Positions 14,120 through 26,089 of a stretch of DNA of 64,000 nucleotides are shown piece after piece. The position numbers and the translations under genes were made by a program. Below the pieces are notes generated by a model that saw only the letters and a program-made list of their open reading frames with translations, was not told the origin of the DNA and searched no databases. Location: positions 65,720,001 through 65,784,000 of the forward strand of contig NC_135898.1 in the NCBI RefSeq assembly GCF_964194155.1, in the 5' to 3' direction. Source of the stretch: Cetorhinus maximus. Its lineage: Eukaryota. Within the stretch, counting starts at the first letter, position 1. The number at the start of each line of letters is the position of its first letter.

Positions 14120-14693
14120 GGGTAGGATTTTTCAGTCGGTGTGCGGGGGTGGGCCTGACACGTAAATAACGTGCGATGACATTGGGTGTGCGCCCTGACA
14201 TCATCGCGCTGTTGCGATGTTTTGTTTGGCGGGCGTGCGCCCGAGTTGGCTGCGCACCCACTGATATGTAAACAGCCTATTAAGGCCATTAAGGAAGAAA
14301 CTAATGTTATTGTTAACACTGCCTGTCTAATCTTAAGGTTGGTGGGCAGGCATAAAGGCAAAGTGGCCTTTACGTTTTTTTAGGAAACCTCATCCACGAG
14401 TGGGATGAGGTTTCCTAACGCTTTTATTAATTAAATAAATTATTTTTCCAAAACATCAAAACATGTCCCATCTCATGTGACACAGTCACATGAGGGGACA
14501 TGTTTAATTAAATTTTGACTCCATTTATTTAATAATTTCAAAAGCCCTTGAATCTCTCTCTGGCAGCTCTGTGCCTCAGGGAGATTGAAGCACTCTTTCG
14601 CACATGTGTAAAATGATGGCGCAGCGGCATTCGGTTCCGCGACTGCCCACTCCCACCGAGCCCGCCCGCCCGCCAACTGAAAAATTATGGCCC
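14120..14693. mobile_element. GC-rich MITE (PIF/Harbinger-like) with internal hairpins
   Basis: TIRs gggtaggatttttcagtcgg / ccaactgaaaaattatggccc; internal stems taggaaacctcatcc..ggatgaggtttccta and aaacatgtccc..gggacatgttt. Confidence 0.7.
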
Positions 14694-15327
14694 ATGATTT
14701 GAAAGCACTTTTTAATGGATAAATGTATGTAGGCAGCCTGTTTCTTAGGAGAGAGCAATAGAAAATGCATTCGGTTACTTTTTTGGATCTGGCCCCTTAT
14801 CATGGCAGAAGATTCCTCTAATTTTGCTATAAATGGCAAACAGGAAATCCTGCTCCCCCATTTGTATGCGCAAAGTAAGAGCTTTCAGTATTGCAGCAGT
14901 ATGAGATGTCATACTCCAAATGGTGATTGTACAGCTTTTAAAAAAATGTAATCAGCTAAATATTACAATAGCTCAAAAATTAAAGCTATTTAGAGATTAA
15001 TATAGAAAAATGTGGAAATAGAAAGTAGTTTAAAATTAATTACAGATTTTTGAGGGAGAATGGCAAAAACCTGAAGGTAGACCCTTGTTTTCAATGTGTG
15101 TTTAATTCAAACCTTTGGTTTCCTACAATGTAAAGCATAATTTTGAGTTCCAAAATAATCATTTGACATGTACTTATGTTCTCAATGGAATAATGATAAG
15201 CTATGATTTTTATAAATTCCAATGCTCCAAACATAATATTATAAAATAAAATATGTTGGCTTCAAGCACAACTTAAACTTGATTTACAAATTAAAGCAAT
15301 ATTGAAGTTTATGTAAAATTAGTTGCA

Positions 15328-16631
15328 TTTATTGTAATAGTTTACAAAGAGAAATGTTAAAATAATTTCCCAGCAAGATTACACCAAATACGAAATAGTG
15401 ATTTATTTGATTCGTGTTTACAGTTAAACAATTTCATATATATATTGTTCGATATATGCTTGTTTCATTACTTTAGCTTAATATTTGACTTCAAGTGACT
15501 CTTTAAACTTTTACAAGAAAATGAAGTATTTTTGTAGTGCAAAGTACTTGTGAACTCTAATGTGTACATATAACAAATGCTGTTTTATGTGTTCTGTGAA
15601 GGTTTATTCGCAGCATTTAGTTTTATAATTTAGAGCAATGAAACTCTTTAATGCTGTGCAATCAAATCATCATCTTTTACATTTTTATGCAGCTTCCTAT
15701 AATGTACTTTACATAATGCACACATTTTTAAAAACAGTTTTTATGGTAGCCATTAATAATTCCTCTCTCCCTTTCCTCTTGGAAAAACAAAATACATACA
15801 ATTGCGATCGATATTTCCAATCAACATAGTTTTCAAGTACCAGTGGATTAAAATTTTCCTCATGGGGAAAAATATACCCTGTACTCAGAGCTATCAACTG
15901 GAAATGATTAAAGATGTATCACTGTGCATTTAGGTATAGTTCAGATTTTTCATATAAATCGTACATAATGCAGATTTTGGAAAGCATTGTGTGGTTTTAA
16001 AGTTAAATATTCTATTTTATAAGCAGATTTACAGGGTTATCACTTGGCAAGTAAAAACCTTATGACAAGCATCACTGACATTTCTCATCGGACGTGCCTA
16101 TTTGAAGAATTGTGCTTTTTCCTCCCTAATCTGTAATGTGCTTGACAATGTTAATTTCATGCTCTTGACTTAAGGTTCCTGAATTAAACATAAAAATGAA
16201 AAACCCTATAAAAGTACAACTTTCTCTATTTCTTTGCTGTATTATTTAATGGATGAAGGCATCAGAATATCTTGCTTATTAGCACAGTGTGAAACGACAG
16301 CTCGACATTAACAGGCCAAATCATAGCATTTGGAGGATTAATACAAATGTTTGAATACATCAATTTAAATTATTACTATACTCTTTGCCTGTGACCTGTA
16401 AATAAGAAAAAAATGTGCGCTATTTCATGCCCCTGCATGGTAGTTACTTATTAGAACAAAAATCTTTTGAAATGGATCATTTGAACTGAATGCTGCCTTG
16501 TGCATATAATGACTTGCTGGCTGATTTTAAACTCTTTGAGTATTGAGTATTCAGCTCAACTCTAAAACCAGTCAAAAAGGGGTCACTTCAAATGAATTGA
16601 ATTGACATTTAGAAGCTTTTAATAGGTTTAC
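15328..16631 (-). other. INSYN2A: Probable INSYN2A 3' UTR with candidate polyA signals
   Basis: AT-rich stretch after the stop with no recognisable transposon; minus-strand AATAAA at 15603-15608, 15402-15407 and 15328-15333. True 3' end not determinable. Confidence 0.5.
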
Positions 16632-16821
16632 TTAAAGAAACCACAGTTTCCATTTCCCATGCTTTTTTGATTCAGTCTTGCTAGGTTTTTGCTTTTGGTA
16701 GGCAGATGAACAGAATTCTTGTGAGTAAGGCAGGGTTGAAACCTGAGTTTCTTCAGTAGGATGTAGTTTTCTCATAACAGGCTGAAACTTGTCCTCCTGT
16801 TGCTTGAAGTCCAGTTCAACG
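16632..16821 (-). CDS. INSYN2A: INSYN2A last coding exon (VELDFKQQEDKFQPVMRKLHPTEETQ...KTESKKHGKWKLWFL*)
   Basis: Acceptor cttcctag|C, phase 2; TAA at 16634-16632; C-terminus matches FAM196A (SVELDFKQQEDK...KKHGRWKLWFL). Spliced CDS 1193+72+190=1455 nt. Confidence 0.95.
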
Positions 16822-17399
16822 CTAGGAAGTAATAATAAATGTAGTTTTAAATCAGTTAAGGGGAGACTACACTGTCGTTAACCATACATACTAACAAGAT
16901 GTAAACAGCATCCATTGTGTGCATTAGGTCAGTCTGAATGTAAAATGCTCTTGCACACAGTTAACATTAAACTGGTGCAGTGAAGATTTACAACTAAATT
17001 AAATCCTTGAAATAAAGAAGGGAAAATGTATTTTCCCTTTCAACTTAAATTATTCAGGACTGCTATGTTTTTCAGTTTTTCTGCTCATTTCAAATCTGTG
17101 TAATGTGACTGGAGGACTGTATTGTTCATGTATATTCATGTATGTTCATGTATATTGTTAAGACTTTTTAATCAAATGCTCTACTCCTAGATGATGGATT
17201 TTGAAACACTATTGTCATATTATCCAAATTACTTAGTAATCCACATGGTTTGTTACCAGAATATATCTTAATGCAACCTGAACTAAACAAGTGGAATTGA
17301 ATGCTTATCCAATTATTTATTGTGAGCTCAGAGAATTGTAGGGCTGTATTTTTAATGAAGCAAATGGCTATCTTTAATATATGTTGACTAAGAACATGT

Positions 17400-17540
17400 A
17401 AAGGGAAATTGGCTAAGTATTTGAAAAGTAAGAGTATATGGGATGAGCAAGGAAGTGTGGTTAAATAGATACCTCCAGTTGGACTATCGGCAGCAGTATC
17501 GGCTTGATGGGCTGAATGACCCATTCTGTACTGTAAATTT
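17400..17540 (+). mobile_element. CR1 3' end fragment
   Basis: ttgatgggctgaatgacccattctgtactgtaa terminal motif. Confidence 0.6.
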
Positions 17541-18329
17541 CATTGAGGGGATACTTTACAATCTTCCTACAAACCCCACTGTCTGCTTGCACACCAAACT
17601 GGGGGATAATTCCCCATAATTCTATTTTACTTGATCTTAGTTTTTTTAAGGAGGTTGCAGTATAGTTTCTGAGGTGCTATAGACACTTTTTTTTTAAACA
17701 GCAGAACTTTTCGTATGAAGAGATATACATTGAGCCTATATGGATCGGAAAAGTTGTCGGGAAATAATTTTCTTTCTCCAAGAGATTATGAACACACAAC
17801 ATTGTCTAGAAAATTTATACAAGCACTTCTGGGATAAAACCACAAGTCTAGCATACAAACTATTTTGGGTAAAATAATAAAGATTGTAAACATTAATAGT
17901 TTATGTTAATTAGTAATCCTGCAATGTCGTACATCAGTTCAGATATCCCAGTGAGATTTATTATCCTTCCATCTGTGCTACTTTCTTCATCCCAAGCTGC
18001 ACTGAATACGATACCTGCGCAACATGAAGGAAAATATTCAACAGCACATAGATGGTGGTTGAGTTGTAATTCTATGCGCATTTTCTAAAGGCATTGAAAA
18101 CTGCTTAGGTGCACTCTTGTTTTATGTTAAACAATCCTGTAATTTCCCTTTTAACTTTTCTATAAAAATTTCATATAACAAGATTTATTTGTTGGAAGTG
18201 GGATGTCACAATTGGCCTCAGAGTTCCCTTGGTCTGGAAACAGAAGCAAATCATCTAGAGTTCCTGCTCCATGATAGATTATTCAAAATATGTGTACATA
18301 CCTAATGACACCACGATTAAGTTTGACTG

Positions 18330-18640
18330 CAGAACATTGGTTAGACCCCATTTGCAATATTGCATTTGGTTTTAGGCAGCACAGTTTATGAAGGATATAT
18401 TGGCCTTGGAGAGAGTACAGCATAAATCCAGAATGATAACTGGATTTAAAGGATTAAATTAAGAGGACAGGTTGCATAAATTTGGCTTGTACTCCCATGA
18501 GTTTCAAAAACTAAGAGATCTAATTGCCAGATTTAAACTGACAAAAGGGCAAATGTCAGATGCAAAGAAACTAGTTATTCTCTTGGGGAGTCCAGAACAA
18601 GAGGGCGTTGTCTTAAAATTACATTGCAGATCTTGCTACA
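18330..18640 (+). mobile_element. CR1 ORF2 C-terminal fragment
   Basis: Decayed RTLVRPHLQYC..KDILALERVQ..DRLHKFGLYS. Confidence 0.7.
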
Positions 18641-19159
18641 TAGAATTGATATGCCCATGTGTTTTCCACTAAAAGAAAAATAATTAAAATATCTGAACTT
18701 CTTTTTGGTACAGAGAGTTAGGTGCACCATTATGTGCATATTGAGCGACACAATTAGGACAGTTCTAGATTCAAGCCCTGGTGTGTCATGAGTTCTAAGA
18801 TCTTTATCTCAATAAAAATGGAGAAGTGAGCTCTGATGGAGCAGAATTCACCTTCTGTGAGGTTGGTGGTATTTGAGGGATGCCACTGGTTGCAATCAGT
18901 CGGTGAGAAGGTTGGCACGAGCGAAATCTGATGTGGAAGTCACTGAACTTTTACCCCTGGTCTATCATAAGGCAGAACCAGGGTACATCTCAGAATATAT
19001 TTATTATTTATGTTTCTCTCACACTTAATCATTGACTGAAAAAAAATTAGAACTTTTCCTTTATATAACATCCTATTATGGTAAAATACTTGAGAATGTT
19101 ACAGCTTAAAATACTCCTGAACTCTTGTAAATAGGCAAACTACTTAAACTCACAATATG

Positions 19160-19985
19160 GGCCCAGATCTTCCGAGGGGTGACAGTGGTCAATAGATTCC
19201 TGCTGCACTCAAAAACTCCCCTGACTTGATGCTGCTGCATATTTCTACTGGGGTTTTCTGAACCCAGCTTTCACAGATGTGTGCAGCGCAGTGTCCTTCA
19301 TGGAACTTCTTTGGAGCGCAGTAGAGTCAGAAAAAGACAGGACACTCCCTTTTTATAACACTAGTTTCCATATGCTAAGTTTAAAGGTCCAATTTGAATG
19401 TTAGTCAGTAAATGGTGGGTGAGTGGGTGAATAGTGAGGTGGGTAGGGGTTAAGGTGGTTAGGGGCAGGTGGGTGGGGGGTGGTCGGGAGGGTAGTTGGG
19501 GGTGGTCAGGTCAGGAGGGTAGTTGGGTGGTTGGGGGTGGGGGGGGGGGCTGTCAATGGATAGTTGGGTTAGGAAGGGAGGGTAGTCAGAGATGGTCGGG
19601 AGGGTTGGCCGGGTTGGGAGGGTAGTTGGGTTGTTGAGAGGGTAGTTGGGTTGGCCGGGGATTTGGGAGGTTGGTATCGTGGGGAGCTGTTGGTTCTGGG
19701 GTGGCCAAGAGGGTAATTGGGGGTTGGTTGTGGAGTTACCCAGGCGTTAAACTAGGTTTTAATCTGTCTAATGTTTCCTGGGTAACTATGCAGGTAAGTA
19801 CAGTGGAACTGTCTGAAGTCTCTCTGACTTTCTCACAGAGGGTCCTAGGATCAGAGGAATTGCCCTTCAGAAGTTGAAGCTTCCTGGCAATTCCCTTGTA
19901 GGTCTGCGTGCCAGGACTTCCACGGAGTCCCAACATGCGTCATATGTCCAGCCTCTGATGATCTGGAGACTGGAAGATTTGACCC
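19160..19985 (+). mobile_element. Harbinger-like non-autonomous element with G-rich core (family G, copy A)
   Basis: TIRs ggcccagatcttcc / ggaagatttgaccc; G-run tract ~19415-19730; homologous in opposite orientation to 53454-54263. Confidence 0.65.
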
Positions 19986-20039
19986 ATTGCATTTACAGAA
20001 TTAAACTATAGAAAAGGGAAACTTGCTAACATGCTTGCT

Positions 20040-20332
20040 TAGTTCACATTTATAATTTTGGTTGTGCTCTCATCTTGAGTGAAATGTTTTTGGGTTTAAA
20101 CCTATCCTCAGGACTTAAAAATCAATTTATTGTTAGAGATACTGTCTTTCAATTGAGATGTGAAGCTGAGGCCCCATTTTACCTGCTCAGGTTGACATGA
20201 AAAATCCTATGAAATTATTCAAAACAGATGAGGCAGTTCTACTGATATGTTGGCCAAGATTCCTTCCACACACATCACCAATAAAAACAGATTATCTGTT
20301 TAAGTTGCTCTTTGTGGACCCTTACTGTGTGG
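20040..20332 (+). mobile_element. Degenerate Deu-domain SINE
   Basis: gagatgtgaagctgaggcccc..ctcaggttgacatgaaaaatcc..cagattatctg, homologous to 7830-8466. Confidence 0.65.
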
Positions 20333-20927
20333 TCTGCTCACCTTTTGCATTGTGACCAAAGATGGAGGAGAGGTTCACTGTGATGGCAATAAGAAACATG
20401 TTAAAAAGGGTGCCCAAAGGTTGAAAAAGAAACCAAAGAAGTGTAAAATAATCAAAATTTCCTGAGGTGCATGTCAGTTTCCTCCTTGAAATTAATTTTG
20501 CATGATACACATTCCCCCTTTTTAAAAAAAAAAGTTCTAAATCATCTCTGCGAAAGTCACATGTTTGTGTATTTTAATCTTTTTGTCCCTATAAAAGAGC
20601 TGTGGAATATTGAGTTGATTGAGTGTTAGACCATGACAAGTTCATGACTCATGCTTTACTATTGTAAGTACTTTCTTTATAGGTCCTGCGCGAGGTCATT
20701 GGATTTCAGTTTTTTTCACAGAAACACGTTGAATTGAAGAATATGATTCTAAAACACTAATACAAGTACTAATGTCTAATACAATTCACTTTTACTGTCA
20801 CTTTGAAGCAGTGTCATAAGCTTTTATTCAGGTGGCTCCAGTTTTTTTTGAGTTGTCAACCTCTTTGAAGCTGTTGGTTAGCTTTTCTAAGTTGGCAGAC
20901 AAGTTGCCAACATCATACTCCAACAAT

Positions 20928-22545
20928 ATTTCAAACAGATCTAACAACTCAAGATTGCGAAACCATGGGGCACTTTGGGCCATCAGCAGCAGCAGAATTG
21001 TACTCACTCACAATCTGTAACCTCATGGCCCAGCATGGCCACTCTAGCATTACCACCAAGCCAGGGGATCAGCCCTGGTTCAATGAAGAGTGCAGGAGGG
21101 CATGCCAGGAGCAGCACCAGGCACACCTAAAAATGAGGTGTCAACCCGGTGAAGCGACAGCACAGGACTACTTGCATGCCAAACCGCATAAGCAGCAAGT
21201 GATAATCAGAGCTAAGCGATTCCACACCCAACAGATCAGATCTAAGCACTGTAGTCCTGCCACATCCAGTCGTGAATGGTGGTGAACAATTAAACAACTC
21301 ACTGGAGGAGGAGGCTCCACAAATAGCCCCATCCTCAATGATGGGGGAGCCCAGCACATAGTACAAAAGGTAAGGCTGGAGCATTTGCAAGAATCATCAG
21401 AGGTGTCGAGTGGCTGATCCATCTTGGCCTCCTCCGGAGGTCTCCAGCGTCACAGATGCCAGTCTTCAGCCAATTCGATTCAGTCCATGTGACATTGAGA
21501 AACGGCTGATGGCACTGGATAGTGCAAAGGCTAAGGGCCCTGACAATATTCCAGCAATATTGTGCCCCAGAACTTGCCGCAGGAGTTCCTCAGGGTGGTG
21601 TCCTAGGCTCAACCATCTTCAAATGCTTCATCAATGACCTTCCAACCATCATAAGGTCAGAAGTGGAGTTGTTAGTGCAAAACATTATGCAGTCATCAGC
21701 TTTATTTGCAACTCCTCAGATACTGATGCAGTCCATGTCCAAATGCAGCAAGACCTGGACAAAATCCAGGCTTGGGCTGAGAAGTGACAAGTAACATATA
21801 CAACACACGAATGCCAGGTGATGACCATCTCCAACAAGAGAGAATCTGACATTCTTGACATTCAATGTCATTACCATCACTGAATCCCCTACTGTCAACA
21901 TCCTGGTCAACAATCATTGACCAGAAACTGAACTGGACTAGCCATATAAATACCATGGCTACAAGAGCAGGTCAAAGGTTAGGAATCCTGCGGTGAGTAA
22001 CTCCCCTCCTGATTACCCAAAACCTGTCCACCATCTACAATGCGCAAGTCAGGAGTGTGATGGAATACTGTCCCCTTGTCTGGATGAGTGCAGCTCTAAC
22101 AACACTCAAGAAGCTTGACGCCATCCAGGACAAAGCAGCCTGCTTGATCCCATCCACAAACATTCACTCCCTCCACCACTGACGAGCAGTGGCAGCAGTG
22201 TGTACCATCTACAAAATGCACTGCAGGAATTCACCAAGGTTCCTTAGACAGCACCTTCCAAACCCATAGCCACTACCATCTAGAAGGACAAGGGCAACAG
22301 ACACATGGGAACACTACCACCTAGAAGTTGCCCTCCAAGCCATCCACTGCTCTGACTTGGAAATATATTGCCGTCCCTTCACTGTCGCTGGGTCAAAATC
22401 CTGAAACTCCCTCCCTAATGCAATGTGGATGTATCTGCGCCACATGTAATGCAGCGGTTCAAGAAGGCAGCTCACCACCGCCTTCTCAAGGGCAATTAGG
22501 ATGGAAATTAGATGCTGGCCTAGCCAGTGATGCCAATGAATAATG
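20928..22545 (+). mobile_element. CR1/L2-group LINE, 5'-truncated, internal RT deletion
   Basis: KPGDQPWFNEEC, KAKGPDNIP, AGVPQGGVLGS..FINDL; 3' tail gggcaattagg..gctggcctagccagtgatgcc. Confidence 0.85.
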
Positions 22546-22959
22546 AAAAACGAAAAGTTCTTGATATATTTGAATTGACACAGAATCTTTTAAATTGAAG
22601 TTTCCTACCTATGAGGCATAGGGAGGCTTTCTTAATTTGTTGAAATGACAATGATCTCATAGCCATGCTGCAACTACTTGCACTTCAGTGGAGATATCTA
22701 ATGTGACCTTAATAAATCTCAGCTGTAAAGTGGTACATAAATAACAAACCTCTGGCACTACACCATTTTCTTCAGAATTATAATGAGCTATACGTGAACA
22801 TAATAAAATAGTTGACTGATTTGTAGAAACTCAGTAAACTTTTCACTTTTGGGGAAAATAGTGGCTTCTGATAGATTTTGTGACTCCTACTTGAAGGAAG
22901 TTAGCATTTTAAGGAAACCTTAAATTGTGATCTAATTATTTAATGCAGGCTGCTGCATG

Positions 22960-25950
22960 ATCTTGACCTTGTCCTCCTTAAAGTATGCCCAAAATTGGGC
23001 ACAGTGTCCCATTTATATTGACTACACACAACTCCTGGCTTTTGTACTCCATGCCTTGACTTATAAAGCCCAGGATCCCATGTACTTTATTAACTGCTTC
23101 TTTAACCTGTTGTTTCACCTTCAAAGATTTGTGCACAACCCCACCTAGGTCTCTCTGTTCTTGCACCCTCTTTATCATTATCACATTGAACTTTTTAGAA
23201 TTTCATCTGCCATGTGGCAGTCCATTCCAGCAGTCTCTCTGCCCTCTTGAAATCCATTGCTATGTTCCTTATTGATTACTTATTGTATCAACTTCAAATT
23301 TCAAAATTGTGCCCAATATCTCCAAGCCCAAGTCATTAATCTATATCAAAAACAGCAGTGGTCCTAGTGCTGAATCCTAGGGAAGACCACTGTATACCTC
23401 CCTCCAGTCTAAAAAACAGATATTCACTACAATTCTGTTTCTCATCCCTTAGATAATTTTGTATCCATGCTGCTACTGCCCCTTTCATCCCATGGTTTTC
23501 AATTTTGCCAGCAAACCTAATATGGGGTTCTTTGTCAGACGCTTTTTGGAAGTATATACATACAACATCAATTGCACTGCCTTATTCCACTGAAGTCCAG
23601 TTAGTGAAATGATTTGGCCTTAACAAAGTCATGCCAGCTCTCATTTATGATTCCTCACCTGACTTATTCTAAATGATTTTCCCCACCCCCCGCCACCAAC
23701 CGCTGCTCTCTAAATGTTTTGATTGTAACTTATTGTAACTTAACTGCCACTGGGTCAAAATCCTGGAGCTCCCTAACAGCACTGTGGGTGTACCCACACC
23801 ACATGGACTGCAGCAGTTCAAGAAAGCAGCTCATCACTGCCTTCTCGAGGGCAATTAGGGATGGGCAATAAATGCTGCCTAGCCAGCGATGCCCATAATA
23901 AAAAAAAACTTGGAGAGAGTTCTAATGTTTATTCAGGTACGCTTCTTTCTCTTTGACTGAAATTTCATTTGCCTGTTATCTGGAACTCAGAATGCAGCTA
24001 CTGATCTCAGGCAGGCAATGAAAATAACAAATTGCATTTATATAGCAGCATTAACACAGCAAAATGTCCCAAGGTGCTTCATAGGAGCATTAATACAAAA
24101 TTTGACACTAAACCGCGTAAGATATTAGGGGAGGTGATTTAAAGCTTGGTCAAAGATTTGTTGAGAATTATGAAGTATTTTAATGTTTCCCATTGTTCAT
24201 CTACCATTATACCTTTTAATCTAATTTCCCAATCTACCATAGCCAACTCCCCCATCCCCTATGTAACTGTCTTGATTTAAGTTCAGCACTCTAATTTTGG
24301 ATTTAAGTACATCACACTCAAACTCCATGCAAAATTCTATCATATAACCACTCCTTCACAGGGTATCCCTTACTATGAGATTACTAATTAACCCTGCCTC
24401 ATTACATAAAACAAAATCTAAAATAACCTCTTCCTCGATTGTTCCAGAAAACTGACCCAAGTATGTTCCATGAGCTTGTCTTACAAACTGTATGTGAAGA
24501 TTAAAACTCTCCATGATTATTACATTTCCTTCATTACAAGCTCTTATTTCTTGATTAACACTATTCTTAACTTTACATCTACTGTTAGGGGCTTAATAAG
24601 TACTCCCCCATCATTTATGGAATCTTGTTATTTTTTATGCTCACCCATACTAATTCTACTTCCTGCTCTTCCGAGCCAAGATCCTTTCTCCCTGCTGTCC
24701 TGTGTCACCCTTTATTATTGGGGCCCATCTGCCCACCCTTTGCAACCCCCACCCCCACCTTTATCTTTCTATTTTGTCTGGCTTTTCGAAACATCAAGAA
24801 ACCTGGAATAATTAGTTTCCAACCTTGGTGGTCATGCAACTAATTATTTGTAATAGCTGTTAGATCAAACTCATTTATCTTTATTTGTGCCATTAATTCA
24901 TCTATCTCATTATGAATCCCTCATGGGCTCAGATAAAGCACCTTTAGTTTCACCTTTTTACCTTGATTTGAACTTATTCACTGTTGCACTATTACTGTTA
25001 AATTTTTAGTCCCTTCCTATCACACTCTGCTTATCTTTACTCAAAACTCTCCACAGCTCTATGGCATTGATTCTCCCCTACCTGCTTTGTAGTTCAGAGC
25101 CCTATCTAAAGCCCTAGTTATACCTTTCGCCAGGACACATGTCTCAGTCCTGTGGTCCCTGTGTCTGCCCAACTCGCACATACCCTCTTATCCCTGAACG
25201 CTAACATATCTGTACCACTTCCTAACTTAAGAGGTGTGAATACATCCTGGATCAAAGTACTCAGGTAAATCTCCCCCTCCCTGATGCATCACAATATTTG
25301 CATTTCGGACTCCAGCTCAATAACCCTGAGCTGCACTGCCTTTATGTGCTCTTACCTCATATATGGTTGCCTGGGATTGCATTGCTCTCCACAAACTCCC
25401 ACATGCTGCAGTTGTGACATTCCACCTGTGCTGCACCGAGTCTTACAACTCAGAAGGAGGTAATTCAACTCATTGTACTTGTGCCGATTCTTTCTGAGAA
25501 ATCGACCCAATTAGCTGTCATTCCTTGCTTTTAATAGTTTAACTACATATCCAGTTCCCTTTTGGAAGTTACGATTGAATCGGTTTCCACTATCCTTTTG
25601 CACAGTGCATTCCAGATCATAACTCATTAGGTAAAATCTTTTCTCTTTATCTCCTCTCTGGTGCTTTTGGCAATTGTCTTAAATATGTATTTTGGTTATT
25701 GACCCATTTGTCAGTGGCAACAGCTTCTCCCTATCTCCTCAATCACAACTCTTCAGAATTTTAAACACCTCTTAATCTTGCCTTAACAGTTACTTGCCCG
25801 AAGGAAAACAGTCCCAGCGTCCCCAGTCTCTCTGCATTACTGAAATCCTCATCTGGTAGCACTCTAATAAGTCTGCTCTGCCTCTTCTCTATGGGCTTGA
25901 CATCTCTCCAATCGTAATCCTGTAATCATACAGAATTAGATGCAAAATTC
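22960..25950 (-). mobile_element. Cluster of decayed minus-strand CR1 fragments (a + strand LINE tail at ~23745-23910)
   Basis: Minus-strand QEQRDLGGVVHKSLK..LGFI, GLPxDSALGP, endonuclease and ORF1-like remnants near 25.4 kb. Confidence 0.65.
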
Positions 25951-26089
25951 CAACTGAGGTGGTTATTTGTTTTAAAACTATGGAATTTTTAAACTTTAAA
26001 TTGAAAAGTGTTCAACTTTTACATTATGCTGGGAAATGTATAAGCAGATATTCTGTTGAAACCTGGGGGATTTCAGCTACTGTTATATT

